The translations under genes were made by a program, and so were the position numbers. Of a DNA stretch of 64,000 nt, positions 39,554-48,441 are shown one piece after another. Below the pieces are notes generated by a model, which saw only the letters and a list, made by a program, of their open reading frames with translations, did no database searches and was not told where the DNA came from. Origin of the DNA: Myxococcota bacterium (GTDB lineage: Bacteria > Myxococcota_A > UBA796 > GCA-2862545); the NCBI GenBank assembly GCA_039208735.1, contig JBCCQY010000039.1:1-64000 (forward strand), in the 5' to 3' direction. The stretch's first letter is position 1, and each line of letters opens with the position of its first letter.

Positions 39554-41130
39554 TCTGGGCCTGGCTTCTCGCAAGCTGTGTCCGCGCCCCGGTTGAGGCC
39601 GCAGGCGACCTCACGCCGCGGGGGGTCGAACCGGCTCGTTCCACACGCGAGGCCCTCAACGCCGTCATGCAACCCCGCCGCGTGGCCCTGCTCATCGGCA
39701 TTGACCGCTACGACGACCCTCAGTTCCCCGATCTCAAGCACGCGGTTCACGATGCAAACCTGTTGGGCAGCATTTTCGAGGACCGCGTGGTCGGGGGCTT
39801 CGATGAAGTGAACGTGCAGGTGTCCGGACCCACCCGGGCCGACATGCTCGCGTCCCTGCGCAATCTCGGGCATCTACGACGAGATGACGTCTTGGTGGTC
39901 TACTTTTCGGGACACGGCACCCGCGCCACGACAGGCACGGGCGGTCGCCGGTTCCTTCTGCAACGCGACAGTCGGGCGGCAGACCTCGCCACGACGGCCA
40001 TCGATCTGGAAGAACTGCAGCGGTGGTTTTCCAATCTGGCTCCGGCCCGCAAGGCGTTGATCGTGGACGCGTGCTTCTCGGGCGATGGCAAGTCGGTGGT
40101 TCGTCCAGAGGATCGAGGGGCCAAGCCGGGGCAGCTGTTGCCCGCCGCGGCGACGCGAGGTCCCGGTGAAGCGCACCTCTTCGCGACCTCCACGGGACGA
40201 CCGGCGCTCGAAGACGATGAGCTGGGGCACGGCGTCTACACCTACTACCTGATCGAGTCGCTCTCGTGGTCCTTCGCAAAGGCGGATCGGGACGGGGATG
40301 GCGTCATCACGGCATGGGAAGCGCACGACTTCGCTCGCACGCGAACCTTGCGGCGGACCGGGGAACGCCAAGTGCCCGAAGCGGCGTTTCGCGTGGTGGG
40401 GATGGCCGACGTGGTGTTGGCGGGGCGTCCGCAATTCCGCAAGCAGCGGGATCGTTCCCTGGTCTACCTGTACCCACCGCCCCATCACCCCATGTCTGGT
40501 GCCACCGTGCTCGTGGACGGACGGGCTCGGGGGAGCTTTCCAGGCACCGTCACCCTATTGCCCGGCCGCCATCACTTCCGGTTCAAAGAGTCAGACGGAA
40601 CCACCTTTGCCGAGGGTCATCTGAAGTTGGTCCCCGGGGCCACACTCCGGGTCGAAGATCTGGCCCGACAGCTCCGAGGGCCCGCCTATGGCGTAATCGC
40701 CCATGGGTTCGCGGCGGGCGGCTTTCTGCCCAACGAAACCGGCTTCGGAGGGGCCATTGGGGCCTACATTCGGAACAACTCGACGCCCCTTCGCGGACTG
40801 GTGCTCACCGGCGAAGCCGCGGTTGGTGGCGGATCTCGCCCTCTCATCGACCTGGGACTCGGGCTTGGCGTTCAGCATGATCGAGGCCGCTGGCGTCTTC
40901 GCGCCGGGGGCGAACTGCGTCACGTCACCTTGCCGACGACCACGGGCCGAGAAGGCTGGTGGTTCTTCGGTCTCGGCCCAACAGCCACGATCGGGTTCGT
41001 GTCGGGCGACCGCATGGCTTGGACCCTTCGCACCCGCGTCGCCTTGGCCGGCCTCGACACCGATGACGACGGACTTGTCGATCCCATCTGGTGGCGAGCC
41101 GCATCGTTTGGGCCCGAATGGACCTGGTAG
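39550..41130 (+). CDS. Caspase-family (C14) lipoprotein with PEGA-like and beta-barrel-like C-terminal domains
   Basis: Lipobox LASC; RVALLIGIDRY, YFSGHG (His), IVDACFSG (Cys), GVYTYYL, ADRDGDGVITAWE; ends EWTW. Confidence 0.88.
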   Translation: MIWAWLLASCVRAPVEAAGDLTPRGVEPARSTREALNAVMQPRRVALLIGIDRYDDPQFPDLKHAVHDANLLGSIFEDRVVGGFDEVNVQVSGPTRADMLASLRNLGHLRRDDVLVVYFSGHGTRATTGTGGRRFLLQRDSRAADLATTAIDLEELQRWFSNLAPARKALIVDACFSGDGKSVVRPEDRGAKPGQLLPAAATRGPGEAHLFATSTGRPALEDDELGHGVYTYYLIESLSWSFAKADRDGDGVITAWEAHDFARTRTLRRTGERQVPEAAFRVVGMADVVLAGRPQFRKQRDRSLVYLYPPPHHPMSGATVLVDGRARGSFPGTVTLLPGRHHFRFKESDGTTFAEGHLKLVPGATLRVEDLARQLRGPAYGVIAHGFAAGGFLPNETGFGGAIGAYIRNNSTPLRGLVLTGEAAVGGGSRPLIDLGLGLGVQHDRGRWRLRAGGELRHVTLPTTTGREGWWFFGLGPTATIGFVSGDRMAWTLRTRVALAGLDTDDDGLVDPIWWRAASFGPEWTW

Positions 41131-41171
41131 GCTGCGGTTAGAACATACCTTGGACCGACCGGGAGGGACAT

Positions 41172-41516
41172 GTGTCGAGCGAACGGATCGAGAGCTTCGA
41201 AGCGTTCTGGCCCTACTACTTGGGTGAACACCGCAACCCCACCTGCCGCGTCCTCCACTACATCGGCACCACCTTTGCCATCGGCTGGCTCATCGCCGCT
41301 GCCGTGACGCTCAATCCTTGGCTCGTGCTCGCGGCTGCATTCAGTGGCTACTTCTTCGCTTGGATTGGGCACTTCTTCGTGGAGAAGAACCGTCCCGCCA
41401 CCTTCACCTACCCGTTATGGTCGTTGCGGGCTGACTTTCGCCTCTACGGCCTCCTTGTCACGGGGCAGCTGAAGCACGACGCGGCGTTCCAACGCGTCAT
41501 CCTCCAGGCCGCCTAG
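41172..41516 (+). CDS. DUF962/Mpo1-like membrane protein
   Basis: FWPYYLGEH, LHYIG, AWIGHFFVEKNRPATFTYP. Confidence 0.92.
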   Translation: MSSERIESFEAFWPYYLGEHRNPTCRVLHYIGTTFAIGWLIAAAVTLNPWLVLAAAFSGYFFAWIGHFFVEKNRPATFTYPLWSLRADFRLYGLLVTGQLKHDAAFQRVILQAA

Positions 41517-41519
41517 GCC

Positions 41520-42557
41520 TTGCTGATGTGGTGGTTGGCCTTAGGCGCAGGAGCCCAGACCCCACCCGACGCCTGGGCCCGCATCGACGACGGGGACGTC
41601 ATCGTCCTTCGACCCGTAGGGGCCGCGTTCGACGAGGGGTTCAGCAACGCAGACGATGGAACGGGAGCGCCGTTTGATCGCGCGATCGAACGTGCCCTGG
41701 AAGACCGAACGACGCTGCCCGACTTCGTGGCGGTCTACATCTCGGCGGGCCAACCTCGACTCATCTTTGGGGCCACGGCCTTCCACAAGACCTACAACCG
41801 CCGCCTCGAAGGGGTGGGTCCCAACGAGCGGGAAAACACGCGAATCCCCATTCGAGCCGGCCTTTACCTGAACCGACCGAGCACCTTCGCCGCCCTGCCC
41901 GACGGGTTTGCAAGCTGGATTTTCCAGCATGAGGTCGGCCACTACTGGCTTGCTCGGGTCCGCATCGACGTCGGGCAGGGTCGTGACGACGGGTTGCTGG
42001 GGCGTGGTCAGTCCCATTGGAACTACTTTCTCGACACAGGAGGTTCGCCGCTCGAAGGCAACCGTTGGATCGACAACGGCGACGGGAGCTTCACAACCTG
42101 GCCTGTCCAAGGCGGCTTTTCCGACCTCGACCTTTACCTGATGGGCCTTCTGCCCCCCGAAGAGGTCGAGCCCTTCTTCGTCATCGACCCAACGGACCCG
42201 AACGGGCGCACCCGAACCTCGTCCCCGGATCCGGACTGGCTGTTCCGACCCACCACCGTGCACGGTGTACGCATCGACCTAAGCGTCGACGATGTGATCG
42301 CCGCAGAAGGACCGGTGCGTCCTGCCTATGGCGAGGCCCCCACGAACTTCACGGTTTTGACGGTGCTGGTGGTGGGTCCTGAAGAGATCATCGATCCCGA
42401 GGATTTCGTTCGCATCGACGGACTGCACACGCAGTACACCAAGGATTGGTCCGTCGCGACCCGCACCCGAAGCCAAATGACCTTCACGCCTCCCCAAGAC
42501 CGCTTCGCCGTGCCTCCCATCGACGCCCCGGCGTACATTCCGAAGGCGGCCCGATGA
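41520..42557 (+). CDS. Secreted HEXXH zinc metallopeptidase-like protein
   Basis: QHEVGHYW, SHWNYF, FSDLDLYLMGL; signal peptide. Confidence 0.7.
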   Translation: MLMWWLALGAGAQTPPDAWARIDDGDVIVLRPVGAAFDEGFSNADDGTGAPFDRAIERALEDRTTLPDFVAVYISAGQPRLIFGATAFHKTYNRRLEGVGPNERENTRIPIRAGLYLNRPSTFAALPDGFASWIFQHEVGHYWLARVRIDVGQGRDDGLLGRGQSHWNYFLDTGGSPLEGNRWIDNGDGSFTTWPVQGGFSDLDLYLMGLLPPEEVEPFFVIDPTDPNGRTRTSSPDPDWLFRPTTVHGVRIDLSVDDVIAAEGPVRPAYGEAPTNFTVLTVLVVGPEEIIDPEDFVRIDGLHTQYTKDWSVATRTRSQMTFTPPQDRFAVPPIDAPAYIPKAAR

Positions 42558-44455
42558 TCCTCTGGTTGGTGGCGTGTGGCCCAGGCCCCCTTTCGATCGA
42601 AACCCGCTCCCTTCCTGAAGCTCGCGTTGGCGAACGGTACGACGTTCGCATCGACGTGGCGGGTGGCCGCAAGGTGACGTTTGCCGCAGCGGGGCTCCCT
42701 TCTGGGCTCGCGCTCCACCCGGACCGCGGCGTGCTGAGCGGCACGCCCACCACTGCGACCACCTCGACCCTCGATGTCACCGCGACGTCCCGTGACGGAA
42801 CGCAGGCCATCCGCAGCTTTGAGCTGGTGGTGGGGGGTGCCCAACGGGGCTGTGGCGAACGCTTTGAAGGCACCTTCACGGCGGCCGCGGGAAACGGTGC
42901 GGACCTCGATTGGGACGTAAGCGAGGGTTGGGCGTCACGAACCATGATCCTCCCGGGCCCTCAAATCCATCGGGTCGACCTGCGGACGGCAGGCGACGCC
43001 GACCTCGCGCTGTACTTGATCGAGCCAGGGCAAGCGCTCGTTCCAGGAACCCGATTGGACACGCAGGCCGAGGCCATCTTGCCCCGTGAACAGGTCGAGG
43101 GCGCTCCCCTGGCCATCGGATGGAACACGGTCCCCAACCTGGGGGCGCACTTGGCCGTTGGCTCCGATCCTACGCTGCTTGTTGTTGCGAACGCCCCCGG
43201 AAGCTGGTCGATCACCACCGAGTGCCTTCCGGGTCCCCTCTTCGAATCCACGGTCCTCGGTCCGTTCCGACGCGGTGACGAAGTACGGGCGGGCTTCCGG
43301 GCCACGCGCGGGGAACAGGGGCTCCTCGTCGAGGCCCTGGATCCGCTGCCCGACGGCCTCGGCATGACCACGGGAGGGGCCGTGATCGGCGTGGCCAGCG
43401 TGGCGGGAATGCATCCGGTGCGGCTGCGCGCCTCGAATGCGGATGGCTTCACCACCGAGGTGGGCGCCGCCATCGGGATTCATGAGCCTCTCCGGCCCGC
43501 TTGTGGCGAGACCGTGGCCTTGCCCGACACCGTGCTTGACGTCACCTTGCGGGACGTCCGTCGCTTGGTGTCGCTCGAGGCCGACTGGGCCAACCACGTC
43601 GCCCTGCGCTGGACGATCGAAACCGAGGCCCCGGCTCGGGTGCTCGCGGTCCCTCCGACCCAAGGGTTGTTCGCAGATCCGCAGGCCGACGTCGAAACCG
43701 TCGAGGGCCCCGTGGTGGTCGACCAAGCCCCCAACAGCTGGCCCGATGCGGCGTACTGGCAGCGCTGGCCTCAATCCCGCCTCGTCGTATCGGGAACCGT
43801 CAACGGCGCCGTCACCCTTGAATGCGACGATGGACCGCGCCTCGATGCTGCGGCCCTGCCGGTGCTGGAGCCCGGAGGCGGACGGACCCTGCCGGTGGCC
43901 GGCGGCACCCCACCCTTCACCTGGTCTGCCCAAGATCTCCCGGCCTCGGTCAAGCTGCTCCCCGACGGCACCTTTGTCACCGATGGGACCGACTTCGGAG
44001 AGGCCCTCGTCACCGTGCGCGTGGTCGATGCAGAAGGGGAGTCGTGGTCCACGACCGAACCGCTGTTTGCCTCCTCCCAGGCGGCGTGTGGCGACGCCGT
44101 TCCCGTCCTCCGGTGTGGAGACGATGTGGCGGACCTTCCTCGCGAACCCGACCTCCCCACGGCCTGCATCGGGGCCGCCGATGTGCTCGCTTGGGACTGG
44201 GTGGTCATCGGCGCGCGCGGGCTTACGCGCGATGAGTTTGCCGCGTTTCCCCCTGCCGGAGGAGATCCCTTCCCGCTCGTGTCGCGTCGGGCCTGGGCGC
44301 TCACCCGAGGGGGGATCGGGCTAAACGACGCACTCGAGCCCTACGACGGGCGACCTTTCCTGTTCGCCCAAGTATCGGAAGACGAAGCCCCGTTCTGCGT
44401 TCGCTGTGGCGAGGGGGTTCGTCCGCTTGACGCGCTTGACGATTGCCCGGAGTAG
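42554..44455 (+). CDS. Lipoprotein with putative Ig (He_PIG-like) domains
   Basis: Lipobox LVAC; repeats LPSGLAL..GVLSGTP, LPDGLGM, GGTPPFTW. Confidence 0.78.
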   Translation: MILWLVACGPGPLSIETRSLPEARVGERYDVRIDVAGGRKVTFAAAGLPSGLALHPDRGVLSGTPTTATTSTLDVTATSRDGTQAIRSFELVVGGAQRGCGERFEGTFTAAAGNGADLDWDVSEGWASRTMILPGPQIHRVDLRTAGDADLALYLIEPGQALVPGTRLDTQAEAILPREQVEGAPLAIGWNTVPNLGAHLAVGSDPTLLVVANAPGSWSITTECLPGPLFESTVLGPFRRGDEVRAGFRATRGEQGLLVEALDPLPDGLGMTTGGAVIGVASVAGMHPVRLRASNADGFTTEVGAAIGIHEPLRPACGETVALPDTVLDVTLRDVRRLVSLEADWANHVALRWTIETEAPARVLAVPPTQGLFADPQADVETVEGPVVVDQAPNSWPDAAYWQRWPQSRLVVSGTVNGAVTLECDDGPRLDAAALPVLEPGGGRTLPVAGGTPPFTWSAQDLPASVKLLPDGTFVTDGTDFGEALVTVRVVDAEGESWSTTEPLFASSQAACGDAVPVLRCGDDVADLPREPDLPTACIGAADVLAWDWVVIGARGLTRDEFAAFPPAGGDPFPLVSRRAWALTRGGIGLNDALEPYDGRPFLFAQVSEDEAPFCVRCGEGVRPLDALDDCPE

Positions 44456-44461
44456 CTCGCG

Positions 44462-45703
44462 CTACTGCCAGGTGTCCTGCTCGTGCTCGTGCTCATGGCA
44501 AACGCCGGTGCACGTGCCGCCTACGTAGGTGATGCCGTTGGGCTGGACCTGCTTGATCCCGTCCACGTGGTAGTCACCATTGACGATGGCCTGCTCGGCG
44601 TCCGTGGTCTGGGGATGGCACTCGTAGCACTGGGCTTCGGCCTCGGTCATGTGGAACGCGTGGCGGCCCGACATCTGCTGCCAATCCGCGAGCTGGCTCT
44701 GCAGGCCGTCGGGATGGCAGCTGTAGCAGTACATGGGGTCGCCCACCGAGACAAACCCATCGTCAAACCGTCCACTTCCGTGACAATAGACGTTTGCGCA
44801 GGTTCCACCAAGGTAGGTGGCCACCGGTGACAGCCCGCCGGTGTAATCGAGTTCGCCGTAGCCGGGGGTCACGTCGTCGAAAATGTGGCCTGGCGTGAGC
44901 ACGTCGATGCGCTGGGCGTGACAACTCGAACATCCGTACGCCGGGTGCGAGTACGCAACGCCACCGGTGACGTGCGTCGTGTGGGGCGCGAACGCGAGCG
45001 ACACCGGGCTGTTGTCGATGTCTTCGGGCGGTGCGCCGGTCACGTTGTCCACCCCACCGTGGCAGTAGGTGCAGTTGGTCCGCCACCCTGGCTCATGACA
45101 TTCGTCACACGAGACCCCCGATCCCCCAAGGAGATCGGCCCCATGACAACTCCGGCAATCCCCGTCGGTCTGCAGATTCGCCGCGAGACCATGGGCTTCG
45201 GGCTCCGCCCAACCAGGGGGGTGAGGATTGACGTTCGGATCGCCCGGATCGGGTGGTACGCCCGGCACGCAGTCGTTGGGGGCTCCCTCGTTGATCCAGT
45301 CGTAAATCACGTTGGTGAAGACCGCGTCAAGGGCCCCATTTGGCGGCATGATCTGGCCGTCGTTAGGTCCGAATGGCCCCACCATCTTGGTGTAGAGCCA
45401 CGACCCATTGGGATTGCCTGGCGCCACCAGCGGTCGTCCGTTGGCGGCCGGCACATTGACGATGGCTTCGTAGGGAGCCGTGTCGAGGTCGAGCCCGCCG
45501 CCGGGCACCGCACCCGAGTGGCAGCCGGTCACGCAACTCACCTGAAAGACCGATTGCACATCGCAAAACTGGCCAATGAGAAACCCACCCTGGAACTCCT
45601 GGTCGGTGGGGAGCGGGCCAGTCGGAAGATTATCGATCGGGGGGAGCGGCTCTTCCTCCTCAAACCATGGGAAGAGCTGACAACCCATCAAAAACAGGGG
45701 CAT
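44462..45703 (-). CDS. Multiheme c-type cytochrome lipoprotein (CxxCH/CxxxxCH type)
   Basis: Lipobox LMGC; six CXXCH, two CX3CH and one CX4CH motif. Confidence 0.88.
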   Translation of the reverse strand: MPLFLMGCQLFPWFEEEEPLPPIDNLPTGPLPTDQEFQGGFLIGQFCDVQSVFQVSCVTGCHSGAVPGGGLDLDTAPYEAIVNVPAANGRPLVAPGNPNGSWLYTKMVGPFGPNDGQIMPPNGALDAVFTNVIYDWINEGAPNDCVPGVPPDPGDPNVNPHPPGWAEPEAHGLAANLQTDGDCRSCHGADLLGGSGVSCDECHEPGWRTNCTYCHGGVDNVTGAPPEDIDNSPVSLAFAPHTTHVTGGVAYSHPAYGCSSCHAQRIDVLTPGHIFDDVTPGYGELDYTGGLSPVATYLGGTCANVYCHGSGRFDDGFVSVGDPMYCYSCHPDGLQSQLADWQQMSGRHAFHMTEAEAQCYECHPQTTDAEQAIVNGDYHVDGIKQVQPNGITYVGGTCTGVCHEHEHEQDTWQ

Positions 45704-45773
45704 CAATCGGGTCACGCCGACTCCACCCCCACGCCGGGCCAACCGTACCCTATGCGGCAAGGACATGGATCGA

Positions 45774-45885
45774 AGATCAGCTTGCAGGAGCGAAGCGACG
45801 AAAGCTGACCGCGTGAGCCTGCAGGCGCGTAGCGCCGAAGGCCAGCGGTGATCAGATTCGCGCAGGCTTCGCTTGCCGCTGATCA
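45774..45885 (+). repeat. TGATCA-bounded repeat array, modules A+C
   Basis: AGATCA at 45774, TGATCA at 45849 and 45880. The last supplies a minus-strand stop. Confidence 0.92.
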
Positions 45886-46596
45886 GAACGGAGCGTCGTC
45901 TCGACTATCCGCAGCCGCCGGATCGGTGCGCACGAACGTCTCGGCCGACGCGCCAAGGCACCCCTTGAAGTCCCCAAGACGTGGATGAACCTTCCGATCT
46001 GCGCGCATCTCGATGTCGTTGCCGTTCACGGTGACCGTGAGATCGCCGATGACCGAGGCGCCGCCACCCTTGTTGCGCAGCCAAACGTTTTCCTGGGTAA
46101 AGCTCAACAAGTCGTTGGCCGTGAAAGGACCTTGGCCGCTCGAGAAGTGACTCACGGCGAGTTCGAGCACGTCCGGTCCAAAGTCGATCACGATGGACAG
46201 GAAGTACTCCTGCGAAAGGTCATTGAGCGCATCGTAGGTATGAGGACCGGAAAGGTCTTCGAGGGTCAGCGTCGCTACCACCTCAGTTGCGGTCACGGCA
46301 AGCGTAGCCGCGCGGATGTCGGCCACGGGAGAAAGCCCGGCATCCCCCGCCACGTCGGTCAACGCCAGAGGTAGAGCAACGCCGTCGCACGCGGCGGGCG
46401 GTAGGCCCGTATCGGTGTCGGTGTCCGCATCGCTATCGGCGTCGCTGTCCGCATCGCTGTCCGCGTCCGCATCGGTGTCGCCATCACTGTCGGCATCGGT
46501 ATCCGTGTCCGTGTCGGTGTCCGCCTCAACGGCGGAATCGGTCTTTGCATCGTCTCCAATGCAGCCCGCTGCCAACGTGATCCAAAGCCTCAGCAT
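45883..46596 (-). CDS. Lipoprotein with an Asp-Thr/Ala/Ser low-complexity tract
   Basis: Lipobox [27 protein letters not shown] tract, GGAGG SD. Confidence 0.8.
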   Translation of the reverse strand: MLRLWITLAAGCIGDDAKTDSAVEADTDTDTDTDADSDGDTDADADSDADSDADSDADTDTDTGLPPAACDGVALPLALTDVAGDAGLSPVADIRAATLAVTATEVVATLTLEDLSGPHTYDALNDLSQEYFLSIVIDFGPDVLELAVSHFSSGQGPFTANDLLSFTQENVWLRNKGGGASVIGDLTVTVNGNDIEMRADRKVHPRLGDFKGCLGASAETFVRTDPAAADSRDDAPF

Positions 46597-46898
46597 CGAT
46601 CCTCCCTACGTTTCCGGGTGTATGGAGCCTCTGTCCTCTGGTCCACCGCTCTCCGCATTGACAACCCGTGAACAACTGAACATTCGGACAGTGCAGCAGA
46701 TTATCCAGCGGAGATCGGGGGGAACCGAATCTCTCTTCGCTTGTCATCTTCAGATGTCGAATTCTGCTTCCGTGGCGGACAGATCAGGGCTATCCAGTTG
46801 GCTACGCGCGTAGGTGCCCTCGCTCGACGGGGCGGAGACCGATGGGCACCGTAGGAGTTGTTTTGATGGCATTTGGATTGAAGAAGGAGACCCCTTTC

Positions 46899-47372
46899 AT
46901 GAACCTCTTCGCGATTGAGGGTGGAAAGGGTAAGTTTGACGTTGAAAAACTGGCGCAAGGGTTCGCCCGGCGCAACACCGGTTGGTCCATCCCCGAGGCG
47001 TACCTTGGGTTGGTGGTCGCCACCGCGATGGCGGACGGCGTCTACCATCGTGAAGAGCAGGAAGAGGTCCTAAAGTTGGGCCGACGGTCGCGGGTGCTCG
47101 CCGAGATGTCGATCGAGCAACTTGCCGCGACCAACGACATTGTGAATGAACGGTTCAAGACCCACCCCAACGCGCTGCGCGAGGCCTGCGAGACCTTGCC
47201 CGACGAGATGCGCCTGGCGGTGTTTGGGCACTGTGTCGAGATCGCGCTTGCTGACGGCGAACTGCATAAGTCAGAAGCGATCTTTCTCGAAAACTTGGTT
47301 TCGATAATGGCGCTCGACCCGAGAGAGGCGGAACAGGTCGCCGAGGTGTTCATCCTCACGGCGAAGTACTAG
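46899..47372 (+). CDS. TerB-family protein
   Basis: Two ADG...E motifs (MADGVYHREEQ, LADGELHKSE). AAGGAG SD. Confidence 0.82.
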   Translation: MNLFAIEGGKGKFDVEKLAQGFARRNTGWSIPEAYLGLVVATAMADGVYHREEQEEVLKLGRRSRVLAEMSIEQLAATNDIVNERFKTHPNALREACETLPDEMRLAVFGHCVEIALADGELHKSEAIFLENLVSIMALDPREAEQVAEVFILTAKY

Positions 47373-47495
47373 TTCCTCCATTCTCGGTGAATTTCGCCAT
47401 CATCCACCGATAGACACACGCCCGCGCTCAACCTTCTACAAAATCGAACTGGCCGTCGACGAATTCCGCTCCAATGAAATCGTCGACGCGCCAGC

Positions 47496-48365
47496 TCACT
47501 CGTGACCCACCTCGACCCGAAGACCCGGGATCGAAGCAGCTAGCGCACGAAGCGCTTCCAAACTGTGCGCATTCGCCTCGTGGTCCACCGTGTAGGTTCC
47601 CGGCGTCACGCCGTGGTCAAACCCCCACCGGGTGTGGGAACAATCCCCCGTGAACAACACGGGACCGTGGGTCGTCCGGGCGAGATAGGCTGTGCTTCCT
47701 GGCGTATGTCCTGGGACATGGAGCGCCCATAGTGAGCCATCACCGAGTACATCGACAGCGTGCTCGATGGGCCCAAGGGGCGCGGCAGCTTCGAAGCGCC
47801 ATAAGGTGAGGGGACGGTCGCCCAGGCCTCGCCGAAACGCACCGAACGATAGGCGGTCGCTCATGGAATGGGGCCGTTCATCCCCTGGCCCCGCGTATAC
47901 CGGGACTTCGAGGGGGACGTCCGGTAAGCCCAGGATGTGGTCGAGATGGGTGTGGGTCAACAGAACACCGACCAGCGGGGCCTGCTGTCGCGACAAAATG
48001 TCGGCCAACGGCTCCACGATCTCGATGTCCCGTACGAAGCGAGCCACCAATCCGCGAGCCGCCAAGGGGGCCCGTGGCATGCCTGTGTCGATGACGAAGG
48101 CTCCCACCTCGGGATGCACGAGCACATGAACCGGCAGCACAATGTCATAGGGTCGATCCTCAAACTCGGCGGCTCGAGGGTCCTTTAGATCGAGCAACCC
48201 CGACAACGGCACCGACCACCGCGCCGAAATGACCGCCTCATGAACCAACGGCCCCGGCACTTCCCAAGCCGCTTCCGCCGGTGGATGAAAGCCGGCGGGA
48301 ACCGTGGACACGGGCCGTGCACATCCGAGGGTCATCCAACCGGTCATCCACATCCCAATGCGCAT
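47496..48365 (-). CDS. MBL-fold metallohydrolase (AHL-lactonase-like), possible lipoprotein
   Basis: IDTG, THTHLDH, PGHTPG, FTGD, terminal GHE; TLGC lipobox. Confidence 0.88.
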   Translation of the reverse strand: MRIGMWMTGWMTLGCARPVSTVPAGFHPPAEAAWEVPGPLVHEAVISARWSVPLSGLLDLKDPRAAEFEDRPYDIVLPVHVLVHPEVGAFVIDTGMPRAPLAARGLVARFVRDIEIVEPLADILSRQQAPLVGVLLTHTHLDHILGLPDVPLEVPVYAGPGDERPHSMSDRLSFGAFRRGLGDRPLTLWRFEAAAPLGPIEHAVDVLGDGSLWALHVPGHTPGSTAYLARTTHGPVLFTGDCSHTRWGFDHGVTPGTYTVDHEANAHSLEALRALAASIPGLRVEVGHE

Positions 48366-48441
48366 CCGTCACCTCCTGGATGTTCATCCTCCATTCGAAA
48401 AGGGTTGACATTGCCCAATTTAGGAAGCCATCCATCCATTT

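Noticed and set aside
46408..46521. 6-bp periodic DNA repeat
   Set aside because: Fully explained by the coding Asp-X tract with synonymous variation.
48405..48410. TTGACA as a sigma70 -35 element
   Set aside because: No convincing -10 element at 16-18 bp spacing.
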